This document shows positions 29,187-38,933 of a DNA stretch of 64,000 bases, piece by piece. The stretch covers positions 224,001-288,000 of the forward strand of contig OZ245365.1 in the NCBI GenBank assembly GCA_965226495.1, written 5' to 3'. The translations under genes were made by a program, and so were the position numbers. This stretch comes from Candidatus Marinacidobacterales bacterium (GTDB taxonomy: Bacteria; Acidobacteriota; Vicinamibacteria; Marinacidobacterales; DATDRI01). How positions within the stretch are numbered: position 1 is the first letter of the stretch; each line of letters starts with the position of its first letter. The notes under the pieces were generated by a model, which saw only the letters and a list, made by a program, of their open reading frames with translations, made no database searches and had not been told where the DNA came from.

Positions 29187-29762
29187 TTATCTCCCTTCGT
29201 CGACCCAGATGCGAACATGACTCTTGCCGTCGTCCACTCGAACGATATCGCCCCGTTGATCCTTGAGCTGAGCGACCGCTTCTCCGAGGTTGAACTGTTC
29301 TCCCTCGCCAGAAAGCAAGGCATCCACCACTGCCATGGGCACTTCGACGCGTACTTCTTCCTTACTCGCCTCGTTGTCGGTCCGATCGACCTCGATGACG
29401 ATGTGCTCGCCCCGTCGCAGGATGCGGAGGCGTTCATTTGGTTTCTCCACCGTAACGAACTCTTTCTCGCCTGCGGCACGAAACTCTTGCCAGAGCCGTC
29501 TTAGATCGCTGATGGAAAGACCGTGGCGATCGAGCTGGACGTGGGCCTCTTGGAGCGCCTCGTCAGGAGCGACGTCGACGGCGACCTCTACGAGAGATAA
29601 AGGTAGGTTGATGTTTACCTTCTCGGCGTCATCCCCTTCGCCGATCACCTGTATGTGAATCCAGGGGGTCCTCTCCTTCGTCGGTTCCTGCGCGTTCGCT
29701 AGGGCACCCGAGACCAGGAGAAGGGTTGCTAGAAGGGCGATACCGTAAGCGGGTCGTTTCAT
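29187..29762 (-). CDS. Exported hypothetical protein
   Basis: GGAGG RBS before ATG 29762; signal peptide MKRPAYGIALLATLLLVSGALANA-QE; 2-nt gap to the next gene. Confidence 0.8.
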   Translation of the reverse strand: MKRPAYGIALLATLLLVSGALANAQEPTKERTPWIHIQVIGEGDDAEKVNINLPLSLVEVAVDVAPDEALQEAHVQLDRHGLSISDLRRLWQEFRAAGEKEFVTVEKPNERLRILRRGEHIVIEVDRTDNEASKEEVRVEVPMAVVDALLSGEGEQFNLGEAVAQLKDQRGDIVRVDDGKSHVRIWVDEGR

Positions 29763-29808
29763 TGGCTTCCTCCACACGCCGGTTATTCCGGCGACTCTCA
29801 TGCCCGTA

Positions 29809-29834
29809 TACGAAGATCCGAGGGTCAAGGTTCA
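29809..29834 (-). promoter_or_regulatory. ECF-sigma-type promoter
   Basis: TGAACC-N16-CGTA, about 45 nt upstream of ATG 29762. Confidence 0.5.
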
Positions 29835-29914
29835 CGGTTTCTTGTGCCGGGGAAGGAGACGGAGAGAACGCTGCGCCGGCACCAGCTCTGGCTGGAAGGG
29901 TCTAGTTAGCCTCG

Positions 29915-30592
29915 CTAAGGCAGGGCGGTCTCGACGGCTCGTTTTCTTCGGTTCACCAAGCTAGCTACTGGGATTCCGAAAAAAGCCCCAAACACGATCG
30001 TAAATCCCACCCAGAATAGGAGTTGAGGAAAGAACCCCAGCCACAAGAAGCTCGCCCACCAACCCAGCTCCGGAAATCCGGGGGGGATTGCGTCGTAATG
30101 TGTCCCCCACGTCCCGTGCATAGCCAGCGCCATGATGAGGACCACTGGAAGCCGCGCGCCCAACCCGTAAGCAAGAAGTGTCTTGAAAAGCTGCGGCCAG
30201 CCGAGATATTGGAGTCCTGACGTTATCGCTGCGAGCAACCAGATGAACACCAGGCCACCGAGGAAATTCTTCTGAACGAGGAACGCCTGACCCGGACCAC
30301 CCGCCACGAGAAGAAAGCAGCCGAGCACGGCGAGGCCGATCGCCCTTCCCCAGCTCGCCGGCGCGTCGCCGTTCTTGGCGAGGTGGTAAGCGAAATAAAT
30401 CCCGAAGATCGGTGCCAACCACGTGATGCCGATTATCGCCCCGACGCCGCCTGCCTCCGGGTTGAAGAAGACGGTCGACCAGCTGAGGAGCTCGCCAGTC
30501 AAGCGCCACAGAGTGACGACCAGGCTGATGAGAGCAGGGACAAGAACGAGACGCATTGTGGGGGAGCTGCCGCCCAAGGCTGCCTGGTCCAT
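29915..30592 (-). CDS. Hypothetical integral membrane protein
   Basis: About 6 TM segments; WGTHYD motif; GGAGG RBS. Confidence 0.75.
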   Translation of the reverse strand: MDQAALGGSSPTMRLVLVPALISLVVTLWRLTGELLSWSTVFFNPEAGGVGAIIGITWLAPIFGIYFAYHLAKNGDAPASWGRAIGLAVLGCFLLVAGGPGQAFLVQKNFLGGLVFIWLLAAITSGLQYLGWPQLFKTLLAYGLGARLPVVLIMALAMHGTWGTHYDAIPPGFPELGWWASFLWLGFFPQLLFWVGFTIVFGAFFGIPVASLVNRRKRAVETALP

Positions 30593-30671
30593 GGTCCCTC
30601 CTAATGCTCCTCAGATTAGCACGCGGGATACAAGTACCCTTAGGAGAGACGGAATCGAGTGGAAAAAGTTC

Positions 30672-33053
30672 CTACTTTTCCTGGGAGAGTGGAATCGCTT
30701 TCTCCACCGGCGCCAAGCATCGAGTATCGTCACACGCTTGGTAAACGAGCCGAAGGTCGGACACGCCAGGGTCGACCTCACCGCGGATTGAGATCGAGCC
30801 GCTGTACACCGAAAGTGCTGCATCAGAAAAAGAGAACTTGAAGGTCTCGCCCTCTGGATAACGAACGTTCCGTACGTCTCCTTGGACCTCGGTTGGAATG
30901 AGGTACTTGAATGAGGGTGGATTAGCGTTGACGTGCCAGCCCTCGCGGATGGTGAGGCGGAGCTCGAAGGGCCGCCCAGGAGGGTCCGTTGAAGATGGGT
31001 TGCCCACGACGATGTCAGTCGTCACGAGCTTCTCGGCGAGCTTGTCGATCGACCCGCCTGTCCCGCTTGTCTGGCCTGTCTGGCCTGTCTGGCCTGTTTG
31101 TTTCGCGGATGGGCGCTCCTTACCTGACGGGACTCCCGGTGGCGTCGAGCCACGATGGTACCGATCCACGGCCTGGGCCAAGGTCCGAAGGTTTCCCGGT
31201 CGTTCGTCGAGGTCCGCGGCGAAGGCCTTCATCGCTGACTCGGCTCTTTGTCGGTACACCGTTTCTCCGGTGTGCTCGGCGAGGGCGAGGAGCGTCAGGG
31301 TAGCGACTCCGTTTCCGGAGGGGATGGCACCGTCGAAAACCGTCTTCGGTTGGAAGAGTAAGTGAGGTTTCTCTACGCTCAAAAAGTAGCCACCACTCGA
31401 ATCGCGGAGGCGCCGCTCCATTTCCTCGGCGGTCCGCTCCGCGGCCTCGAGCCAGCGCTTATCCTGGGTCGCTTCGTAGAGCGCGATCAGACCCTTCATG
31501 AGGAAGGCATAGTCATCTAGAAAGGCAGGTATCTTGGTTTCACCTCCGCGCCAGGCATGGAGAAGTGTTCCGTCCTCGGCTTTGAGGTTTCCAAGGATAA
31601 ACGTCGCCGCTTTCTCGGCGGCCTCGAGGTACCTTGGTGCGTCCAGTAAAATACCGCCTCGGGCCATCGCTGCGATCATCATGCCGTTCCAGTCCGTCAA
31701 AACCTTGTCGTCCACGAGAGGGAACTTCCGCCGCTTCCTCACATCGTGAAGCCGAGCCACATGAGGGCCCATCCTCTCGAGTAGCTCCGGGCGACTCCAA
31801 CCCAGGCGTTTCCCGTGTGCGTCGAGCGTGTCGGCAAGGTAAAGCGTGTATTTTTCCCCCTCGAAATTGGGAGGCCCGTCGAAGCCGAAGATAGGCCCTA
31901 GCAGATCATAGCCGTCCCCACTCAGTGCCTCGAGAAGCTCGGAGCCCGTCCAGACGTAGTAAGCGCCCTCTTCGCCATCGGTTTCGGCGTCGATCGCCGA
32001 CTTGAAGCCGCCGCCGTCGAGTCTCATCTCTTCTAAGACAAAGTCCAACGTGCCTCGAGCGAGACGTTCGAGCTCTGGATCTCCGGTCGCGTCGGCGGTG
32101 ATCACCAAGAGCTCGGCGAGGTGGGCGTTGTCATATAGCATCTTCTCGAAGTGTGGAATACGCCACTCGGCGTCAAGTGTGTAGCGGTGGAAGCCACCGT
32201 CGACTTGATCGTAGATGGCACCTCGCCCCATCTTGTGAAGTGTCTCAACAACCATCCGGCGAGCTTCCGCATCTCCTTGTTCAGCGCGATCCCACAGCAA
32301 GAAAAGATTGGCGGGGGACGGGAATTTGGGTGCCCCGCCGAAACCACCGTTCGTCTCGTCGAAGCGTTTCTTCAGTTTCTCAACAGCGGCGCCTGCGCTA
32401 TCCGCAGAGGGGACTTCGTTCGCCGGCATTCGCTTTTGGGCAACGATCGCTCTCATTGCGTCTGACAACTGGGCGGCGGACGTCTCGATATCCTCACGCT
32501 TGGTGGTCCAGGCCTCATGAATGCGGGCCAGGACGGTGGGAAACCCCATTCGGCCCCCTCTATCTTCGGGCGGAAAGTAGGTTCCGGCGAAAAAGGGCTT
32601 GAGCTCCGGCGTCAGGAAGACCGAGTTAGGCCAGCCGCCACTCTGCCGGATCAACTGCGTGGCAATCATGTAGATCGCGTCGAGATCGGGTCGTTCCTCC
32701 CGGTCTACCTTGATGTTGATGAACCATTCATTCATCAGCTTGGCGATCTCGGGACTCGAGAATACCTCGCGTTCCATCACGTGACACCAATAGCAGGTGG
32801 AATAGCCGACCGACAGAAAGATGGGCTTGTCTTTTTTTCGCGCCTCTTCGATAGCCTCGTCCCCCCACGGATACCAATCGACCGGGTTGTGTGCGTGGAG
32901 CAAGAGGTAGGGGCTGGACTCGTTGGCGAGCCGGTTGGCCGGCCCGTCGGTTCCGTGTGGGAGGGGAGACTCCGGTTCGGACTGCTGCGACTGCGCTTGG
33001 CAGGTGAAAAAGGCCATGGACAGCAAGACCGTCATGAGCCGGCTTGATTTCAT
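30672..33053 (-). CDS. YyaL/SPATA20-family protein (thioredoxin-like domain plus alpha/alpha-toroid domain) with a C-terminal DsbD-N-like domain
   Basis: [56 protein letters not shown]; C-terminal YQACDDTRC; N-terminal export signal. Confidence 0.92.
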   Translation of the reverse strand: MKSSRLMTVLLSMAFFTCQAQSQQSEPESPLPHGTDGPANRLANESSPYLLLHAHNPVDWYPWGDEAIEEARKKDKPIFLSVGYSTCYWCHVMEREVFSSPEIAKLMNEWFINIKVDREERPDLDAIYMIATQLIRQSGGWPNSVFLTPELKPFFAGTYFPPEDRGGRMGFPTVLARIHEAWTTKREDIETSAAQLSDAMRAIVAQKRMPANEVPSADSAGAAVEKLKKRFDETNGGFGGAPKFPSPANLFLLWDRAEQGDAEARRMVVETLHKMGRGAIYDQVDGGFHRYTLDAEWRIPHFEKMLYDNAHLAELLVITADATGDPELERLARGTLDFVLEEMRLDGGGFKSAIDAETDGEEGAYYVWTGSELLEALSGDGYDLLGPIFGFDGPPNFEGEKYTLYLADTLDAHGKRLGWSRPELLERMGPHVARLHDVRKRRKFPLVDDKVLTDWNGMMIAAMARGGILLDAPRYLEAAEKAATFILGNLKAEDGTLLHAWRGGETKIPAFLDDYAFLMKGLIALYEATQDKRWLEAAERTAEEMERRLRDSSGGYFLSVEKPHLLFQPKTVFDGAIPSGNGVATLTLLALAEHTGETVYRQRAESAMKAFAADLDERPGNLRTLAQAVDRYHRGSTPPGVPSGKERPSAKQTGQTGQTGQTSGTGGSIDKLAEKLVTTDIVVGNPSSTDPPGRPFELRLTIREGWHVNANPPSFKYLIPTEVQGDVRNVRYPEGETFKFSFSDAALSVYSGSISIRGEVDPGVSDLRLVYQACDDTRCLAPVEKAIPLSQEK
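31068..31094. repeat. 9-bp tandem repeat (TGTCTGGCC x3) encoding a QTG linker
   Basis: Read directly from the sequence. Confidence 0.85.
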
Positions 33054-33097
33054 TGGGAATCCTTTGTGATTGAGAAAGGAGTGCGCTCTTCGTCATT

Positions 33098-34228
33098 CTA
33101 ACGTACACCATCCGAGCGAACCAGTGTTCGAGCCGAGGTGGCACCGAGAACCAGAGCGGCAAGTGCCCAAAAAGGTCCCAACGGCTGTAGGAGCCAGCCA
33201 AAGAGGAACAAGAGTCCCACTGCTACGAGACCTGCCAATCGAAGGTTGGTGTAAAGACTCGTTACCCGCCGCGAGCCCACGATCAACAAGAAGTCGGTTG
33301 GCAGCCACACGAGCAAGAGCTCGTTGTAGCGAAGCTCGGCAAGCGGAGAGACGACCGCTAGCAACACGAGAAGGGCGCCGACGGTTCCGAAGAGAGCTCC
33401 AAACACAGACCGAAGTGCGAAGGATGCACCGGGCGTTCCCAACACGATGAGCAACGCGCTCCCCAAGCCTATGCCTAGCGCCAGTCCCAGACGGTGCGTG
33501 ACGAGCCATGATGGATTGGGGGGCGCAGGATGTCGGGCGTGGACAATTTCCGGAGTGGCGCCCAGATGTAAGGCGACCGACTCTCTCAACATCCGGGGTA
33601 GAAACATCGCTTCGTAATCGGTCCTTTCCCGATCTATCGAGCGTCCCAAGAAGGTGTCGACCAGTACGAAGACGACTGGATCGCCTTTCAGGTTCTCGTG
33701 GATGAGCTCCCGGAACGACGAGCCATGGCTCGTAGGCCTTCTCCGCAGGGCACCGTCGATGACGGCGTCGATGTGATCCCGGGGCCGGGTCGAGCAGTTG
33801 TCTTTGAAATGGTCGTACTCGTAGTAACGGTTCTCTGGAAGGGCCGCCGTCTCGAGCCGCTGCCTCATTTCTTCGACCTGCTCCGACTTCAACGGCAGAC
33901 GCTGCCGATAGATGGTTCGGTCCTCGGCCAGGTAGAGGCGAAGCATCTCGCCGAAGGATGTCACGGCGACCCAGAATCTAGCCCGCCCCCGAACGACGTC
34001 CCACGTAAGCGGGCCGGGAGTGGAGAAATCTGCGCTCCCATAATTGAAACAACGACCGCCCAACCCGTTTTCGTCGAAAACACAGAGGGACGCATGCCCG
34101 AACTTGGAGAAAACATCCTCGCCCGGCCCGAACGTGTAGAGGTCCACTCGTGAGCCTGGCGGCGCAGGCGTCTGGGCGAGCGCCGTCAAGAGGAGCCCTA
34201 ACTGCCCTAATTGGCTGTAAAGCGCCAT
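33098..34228 (-). CDS. DUF4105 / Lnb-like membrane protein
   Basis: FGHASL, FNYG and YDHFKDNCSTR motifs followed by C-terminal TM helices; start uncertain. Confidence 0.75.
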   Translation of the reverse strand: MALYSQLGQLGLLLTALAQTPAPPGSRVDLYTFGPGEDVFSKFGHASLCVFDENGLGGRCFNYGSADFSTPGPLTWDVVRGRARFWVAVTSFGEMLRLYLAEDRTIYRQRLPLKSEQVEEMRQRLETAALPENRYYEYDHFKDNCSTRPRDHIDAVIDGALRRRPTSHGSSFRELIHENLKGDPVVFVLVDTFLGRSIDRERTDYEAMFLPRMLRESVALHLGATPEIVHARHPAPPNPSWLVTHRLGLALGIGLGSALLIVLGTPGASFALRSVFGALFGTVGALLVLLAVVSPLAELRYNELLLVWLPTDFLLIVGSRRVTSLYTNLRLAGLVAVGLLFLFGWLLQPLGPFWALAALVLGATSARTLVRSDGVR

Positions 34229-34317
34229 GAGAAAGAGGTCTACACCTTTTCCCACGAGATTCGCAAACCATCTTTCACAAAAGGACCCTTCGCGTGTTAT
34301 AGCCAGTAAAGGGGGAA

Positions 34318-34827
34318 TTGAGGCCATTGCCGGTGAGATTCGAAGAGCTTATGGCGCGGTACGAGAAGGAGATCTACCGCTTTACGTATCGCATGACCGG
34401 GAACCGGGAAGATGCGGCCGACGTCTTACAGGACACCTTCTTCAGGGCCTTTCGGGCGCTCGACCGACTACCCGCCAAGGCAAACCATCGCGCCTGGCTG
34501 TATCGCATCGCCTCGCGTTCCGCCTTGAATTTGGCCCGTGGGCAAAAACTGCGACGGACTCTGCCGATAGAAAAGGCGCTTCATTTGGCGGAGAGCAATG
34601 GCGACCTGGAGAGTTTGGTGGAGACCAGACGATTGGCCGGTTGTCTCGGAGAGATCGTTCGCGCCTTGCCGACGCGTCAGAGGGTGGCGTTGCTGCAGAG
34701 AAAATACCAGGGGCTTTCTTACCGTGAGATCGCGGAGACGTTGGCTTGCACCGAGCAAGCGGCCCGCGCCCATGTCTATCAAGCGATGGGGAAGATCAGG
34801 CGCGGTCTCTCCGGAAAAGGTAAGTAA
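34318..34827 (+). CDS. ECF RNA polymerase sigma factor
   Basis: DAADVLQDTF, AWLYRIA, LPTRQRVAL and GLSYREIAETL. Confidence 0.92.
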   Translation: MRPLPVRFEELMARYEKEIYRFTYRMTGNREDAADVLQDTFFRAFRALDRLPAKANHRAWLYRIASRSALNLARGQKLRRTLPIEKALHLAESNGDLESLVETRRLAGCLGEIVRALPTRQRVALLQRKYQGLSYREIAETLACTEQAARAHVYQAMGKIRRGLSGKGK

Positions 34828-34839
34828 GTGGAGGGAGAA

Positions 34840-35613
34840 ATGGATTGTCGGACGTTTGAAAAGATCCAATTGGCGACCTTAGCCGGCGATGCGGGCGCCC
34901 AGCACCGGAACCAAGCGAAGCTTCACGGACTCGAGTGCGAGGACTGCCGTCTGGACGGCGAGCGAGACAAATGGTTGGGTACGGCTTTCGAGGTACATGA
35001 ACGAACGACCGAAAAAGGCTTCCCGTCCGCCCGCCGAAAGCTTGAGAAGGAGTTCAAAGAGCGCCATGCCTTCATCGGTCATGTGGAAGCGCCTTTCGGA
35101 CCGGTTTACCTGGCGGCAACGGATCGCGGGCTTTGCCGTATCGGCTTCCGGACCAACGAGAGGGAGTTCGCCAACGACCTTCTAAGTCGAGGACTCCTGC
35201 CCGAACCGGACGCCCGCCGATTGCAGCGGGAGCGTCGGGAGCTCCAAGAGTACTTGGCGGGTCGACGCGAGCGGTTCGAAGTTTCGGTCGATCTCCGCCA
35301 TGTGACACCGTTTCAACGGAAAGTTTTGGCGGCGACTTCTCGAATTCCATTCGGTTGTTGCGCTAGCTATAGCGACATCGCTCGTCGCATCGGTCAACCC
35401 CAGGCGCGCCGTGCGGTGGGTGGAGCGTTGAACAAGAACCCCGTCGCCATTGTCGTGCCGTGCCATCGGGTCATCGCAGCGGACGGGTCCATTGGGGGCT
35501 ACGGCGGAGGACTGAACGTGAAACGGACTCTCTTTGAAATCGAGGGGATTGACCTCGAAGACCCCAAAGGCCCGGTACGGGCTTCGCAAAAACGGAAGCG
35601 AGGACAAGAATGA
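34840..35613 (+). CDS. ogt: Methylated-DNA--protein-cysteine methyltransferase with an N-terminal zf-HC2 (anti-sigma-like) zinc finger
   Basis: TPFQRKV, SYSDIA, RAVGGA and the active site NPVAIVVPCHRVI; N-terminus MDC...HGLECEDC. Confidence 0.85.
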   Translation: MDCRTFEKIQLATLAGDAGAQHRNQAKLHGLECEDCRLDGERDKWLGTAFEVHERTTEKGFPSARRKLEKEFKERHAFIGHVEAPFGPVYLAATDRGLCRIGFRTNEREFANDLLSRGLLPEPDARRLQRERRELQEYLAGRRERFEVSVDLRHVTPFQRKVLAATSRIPFGCCASYSDIARRIGQPQARRAVGGALNKNPVAIVVPCHRVIAADGSIGGYGGGLNVKRTLFEIEGIDLEDPKGPVRASQKRKRGQE

Positions 35614-36599
35614 ACGCGATGGACATTGATTTTTTCCACGATCTGCTTCGCGAGCGACGTGAGAGCCTTCTGGAATGGTTATCCGAGGCGTCGCTGGGAG
35701 AACCGAGCTCAGCGGCCGAGCTCGATGGCCTTCAGGATGCTCTCCATCGCATCGAGGAGAATGGTGAGATCCCCTGCGCTAGCTGCGATGGGCACGTCGA
35801 GCACGAAGTTTTGTTGGGTAGTCCCGCTGCGAACCTGTGCCTCGAGTGCATGAAGGAGACAGATATCAGGCGGTTGGAGGATGATCTGCGAGTGGCTCGT
35901 GAGGTCGATCGGTCTCTTCTCCCGCGACGCATTCCTTCCAACGAGTCCTTCGGCTTCGGCGTTCATTATCGACCTTCGAGGATCCTGAGCGGAGATTTCT
36001 ATGATTTTTTGTCCCAACCGGACGCGAAGAGCGTGGGGATCTTGATCGGCGATGTGGCTGGCAAAGGGATTCCGGCTGGACTCTTGCGAACGACATTTCA
36101 GGCAACGTTTCGTACTCTGAACAGGTTAAGACTGTCGCCTGCGAAGTTGATAAAGACTGCAAACGAGCAGCTTCTCGATACCGCGCATCCCGGCCGCTAC
36201 GCCACTGTTTTCTACGGCGTGTTGGGCTATGAGACGGGAGAACTGAATTATGTCAATGCGGGGCATAACCCTCCTCTCCTTCGACGCGCTTCGGGTGAGG
36301 TCGAGGTGCTCGGGGCAACCGGTACGGTCGTCGGTATCTTGCCCGGAGCCAAGTTCGAGGAAAATTCGATCGTGGTCGGCCCGGGCGATGTGTTGGCGCT
36401 CTACACCGACGGCGTCACCGAGGCGGAGGATCCATCCGGAGAGCCATTCGGCGAGTTAAGGTTGAGCGATCTCTTGGGCCGCCGGGGTGGAGAGTCCGCA
36501 GAGCAGGTATCCAGTCTCGTGGTATCAGAAGTGGATAAATTCTCTCCGGGTGAGCCGAGCGACGACCGGACCCTGGTGATCGGCCTGCGGGCCACCTGA
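35610..36599 (+). CDS. SpoIIE/RsbU PP2C phosphatase with an N-terminal DksA/TraR-like C4 zinc finger
   Basis: CASC...CLEC; SGDFYDF, GDVAGKG, NAGHNPP, YTDGVTEA, DDRT; ATGA overlap with ogt. Confidence 0.88.
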   Translation: MNAMDIDFFHDLLRERRESLLEWLSEASLGEPSSAAELDGLQDALHRIEENGEIPCASCDGHVEHEVLLGSPAANLCLECMKETDIRRLEDDLRVAREVDRSLLPRRIPSNESFGFGVHYRPSRILSGDFYDFLSQPDAKSVGILIGDVAGKGIPAGLLRTTFQATFRTLNRLRLSPAKLIKTANEQLLDTAHPGRYATVFYGVLGYETGELNYVNAGHNPPLLRRASGEVEVLGATGTVVGILPGAKFEENSIVVGPGDVLALYTDGVTEAEDPSGEPFGELRLSDLLGRRGGESAEQVSSLVVSEVDKFSPGEPSDDRTLVIGLRAT

Positions 36600-36647
36600 T
36601 TCCATCACTTGGGGCCGCGATCGAGTCGTCTAGTTATCGGTCCGGGG

Positions 36648-37958
36648 CTAGCGAGGCAGGTGAGGGTGGAGAACGAAGAGCCCTTGCTCGATGCCGCTCA
36701 CGATGACCACACCGCTGGGAAAATACGGATAGTTACTCCATGCCCCGTTGAAACGGGCTTGGTTACCTTCGGGGAAAATGTCGAAGAAAGCGACCTCGGT
36801 CAGTCGGCCATCGGCGATGTTCTTTAGATCTAGAATTCGTAGCCCGCTCTGATAGTTGGCTTGATAAGCGAAGCCGTCGCGGATGTAGAGATTGTGGTCA
36901 ATGGCTTTTTTCTTGCCGGTGTAAGTGCCGATGAGCTGGGGAGCATTCAGATCGACGATGTCCCAGACAAAAGTCTTCGTCCGGTTGCCCTCGGTTCTCT
37001 CGTCGAGCTCATCGTCCAACAACAGATAGAGTTGATCCTCCGTGGTCCAACTCTGATGTGTATAAGCGACCCCTGGGTAACTAGTGCGAGACAGCATGCG
37101 CGGGTTGTTCTTGTTGGAAACGTCTACGATCGTTAGCGTGTCCTCGTTGGCGTTAAAACAAATCTCACTGCCCGAATGCGCTGAGTCCGGTCCCCGGTAC
37201 ACGACACATTGTGCATCATGAGTGTATCCATCCCCGCTGTAGCAGCCGGCAAATTTGGGAGACTTGGGTTTCTTGATATTGACCATATGGAGTCCGCCGG
37301 CGCACGTGTTGGTCCCAACGATATAGGCGAATCCGGTTTTTTCGTTGATCGCGATGTTGTGAGAAGTGCCTAGACCTTGTCCGGCATAATGCGCGGTGCT
37401 GGAGAACGTCACCGGAGGGCCGGTCACTCGGCCTAACTGTTTGAGATTGAATATTTGCATGCCATGGGAGGCGGCCTCCGAGACGATGAACGCGTGATTT
37501 TTGTACACCTTGACGTCGCGCCAGGGACTCGGAACGGATTGCGTCGGCAACAGGCCTAGGTAGACGGGGTCGGTGGGATTCGTGATGTCTACGAATGACG
37601 TGCCGGTCGAGAGCGCCATGACCGCGTATTCCCGGCCATTTTCGGGGTCGGTCCAGCCCCAGATGTCTGCACCCTGAGCTCCCCCTTCACCGCCGATCTC
37701 ACTCAAAGGCATGAACGACAACAGATCGACGTCCTTGCATGGGTACCCGCCCGCAGACCCGCCTCGACAGGGTGTCTCGCCTTGGGCCGCTGGCTCGGGG
37801 AACGCCTCACCACCTTCTTCTTCATCATGGTGGAGCACTCTCGGGCCTGGGGATTGTTGACTAGCCTCGGCGACGAACCAGAACGAGAACCCGAGCGTGG
37901 CTAGAAACACCGCCGCGTAGCGCGAGATCGAGGGTGGATGCTTCCGGGTGCTCCTCAT
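36648..37958 (-). CDS. Choice-of-anchor B / LVIVD-repeat secreted protein
   Basis: DIWGWTDP, WRDVKVY, GYTHDAQCV, LLDDELDE, HNLYI, GAWSNYPYFPSG. Confidence 0.85.
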   Translation of the reverse strand: MRSTRKHPPSISRYAAVFLATLGFSFWFVAEASQQSPGPRVLHHDEEEGGEAFPEPAAQGETPCRGGSAGGYPCKDVDLLSFMPLSEIGGEGGAQGADIWGWTDPENGREYAVMALSTGTSFVDITNPTDPVYLGLLPTQSVPSPWRDVKVYKNHAFIVSEAASHGMQIFNLKQLGRVTGPPVTFSSTAHYAGQGLGTSHNIAINEKTGFAYIVGTNTCAGGLHMVNIKKPKSPKFAGCYSGDGYTHDAQCVVYRGPDSAHSGSEICFNANEDTLTIVDVSNKNNPRMLSRTSYPGVAYTHQSWTTEDQLYLLLDDELDERTEGNRTKTFVWDIVDLNAPQLIGTYTGKKKAIDHNLYIRDGFAYQANYQSGLRILDLKNIADGRLTEVAFFDIFPEGNQARFNGAWSNYPYFPSGVVIVSGIEQGLFVLHPHLPR

Positions 37959-38032
37959 GAAAGTGCTCCTGATTCGGTAAGGCGTTGAGCCTCTATCATA
38001 GCAGTCGATCTCGAGAGTCCCAACCGCGCGAG

Positions 38033-38239
38033 TCAATCGAACGTGCCGGTCAGCCATCGGGCGAGAGCCTTGTTCGGCGAGCGAATCTCGTCGACCGATT
38101 CATAGAGTCTGTTCCTCGCAAAAGGCTCCCAGACGTCCGCCCCGAGCTCGGATAGAATGTCAACAAAGGTGGGGAGAAGTCGTTCCTCTTGTTGAGGTGA
38201 AAAGCCGTAAGGGCTGGCCAGGTATAGGTTCTTGCTCAT
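38033..38239 (-). pseudogene. Internally deleted nucleoside 2-deoxyribosyltransferase-like gene
   Basis: The N-terminus LYLASPYGFS...VWEPF is joined directly to a C-terminal-like segment (SVDEIRSPNKALARWL). At 68 aa it lacks the central core. Confidence 0.6.
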
Positions 38240-38351
38240 TTTTTGGGCTCCCCCTGTGTCATGTTGTTTGATGGCTGAGTAAGGCGGGATCCTAGCTAAA
38301 TTCTTGCGGTGTTGGAACCATTCCCTTTGTCGGCGCAGGTCAAGGAGATTT

Positions 38352-38930
38352 ATGAATCTAATCGTTGTGTGGCTCGCTTGGTTGGGTGTTATGGGGAGCG
38401 GAAGTCTCGAAGCAAGGCCTCACGTTGTCATCGAGACGGAGCTGGGAGATGTCAAAATCGAAATTTACCAGGACAAAGCTCCCCTCACCGCCGCAAACTT
38501 TTTGAACTACGTTGATGGCGAACGTCTTCAGGGGGCCAGCTTCTATCGGGTCGTTCGCATGGGAAACCAACCGGACAATGACATCAAGATAGAAGTCATT
38601 CAGGGCGGTCTGGGCCGCAGCGATCATGAAAGCCGGTTGCCACCCATCGAGCACGAGACAACGGACAGGACGGGTGTCCTCCATAGAGACGGTGTGATCT
38701 CGATGGCACGCCTAGCTCCCGGGACTGCATCCTCGGAGTTCTTCATTTGCGTTGGCGATCAACCGGAGCTCGATTTTGGGGGTCGCCGCAACCCCGATGG
38801 CCAGGGTTTTGCCGCATTCGGAAAAGTGATCGAGGGGATGGACGTGGTGAGAAAGATCCACCAGGAACCGGCAGACGGGCAAAGCCTTACCCCCGCAATC
38901 GGCATCACCGCGGTGGCAAGGGTCGACTAG
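38352..38930 (+). CDS. Cyclophilin-type peptidyl-prolyl isomerase
   Basis: APLTAANFLNYV, FYRVV, IQGG, ISMAR, SEFFI, FGKVIEGMDVV; AAGGAG RBS. Confidence 0.92.
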   Translation: MNLIVVWLAWLGVMGSGSLEARPHVVIETELGDVKIEIYQDKAPLTAANFLNYVDGERLQGASFYRVVRMGNQPDNDIKIEVIQGGLGRSDHESRLPPIEHETTDRTGVLHRDGVISMARLAPGTASSEFFICVGDQPELDFGGRRNPDGQGFAAFGKVIEGMDVVRKIHQEPADGQSLTPAIGITAVARVD

Positions 38931-38933
38931 ACT

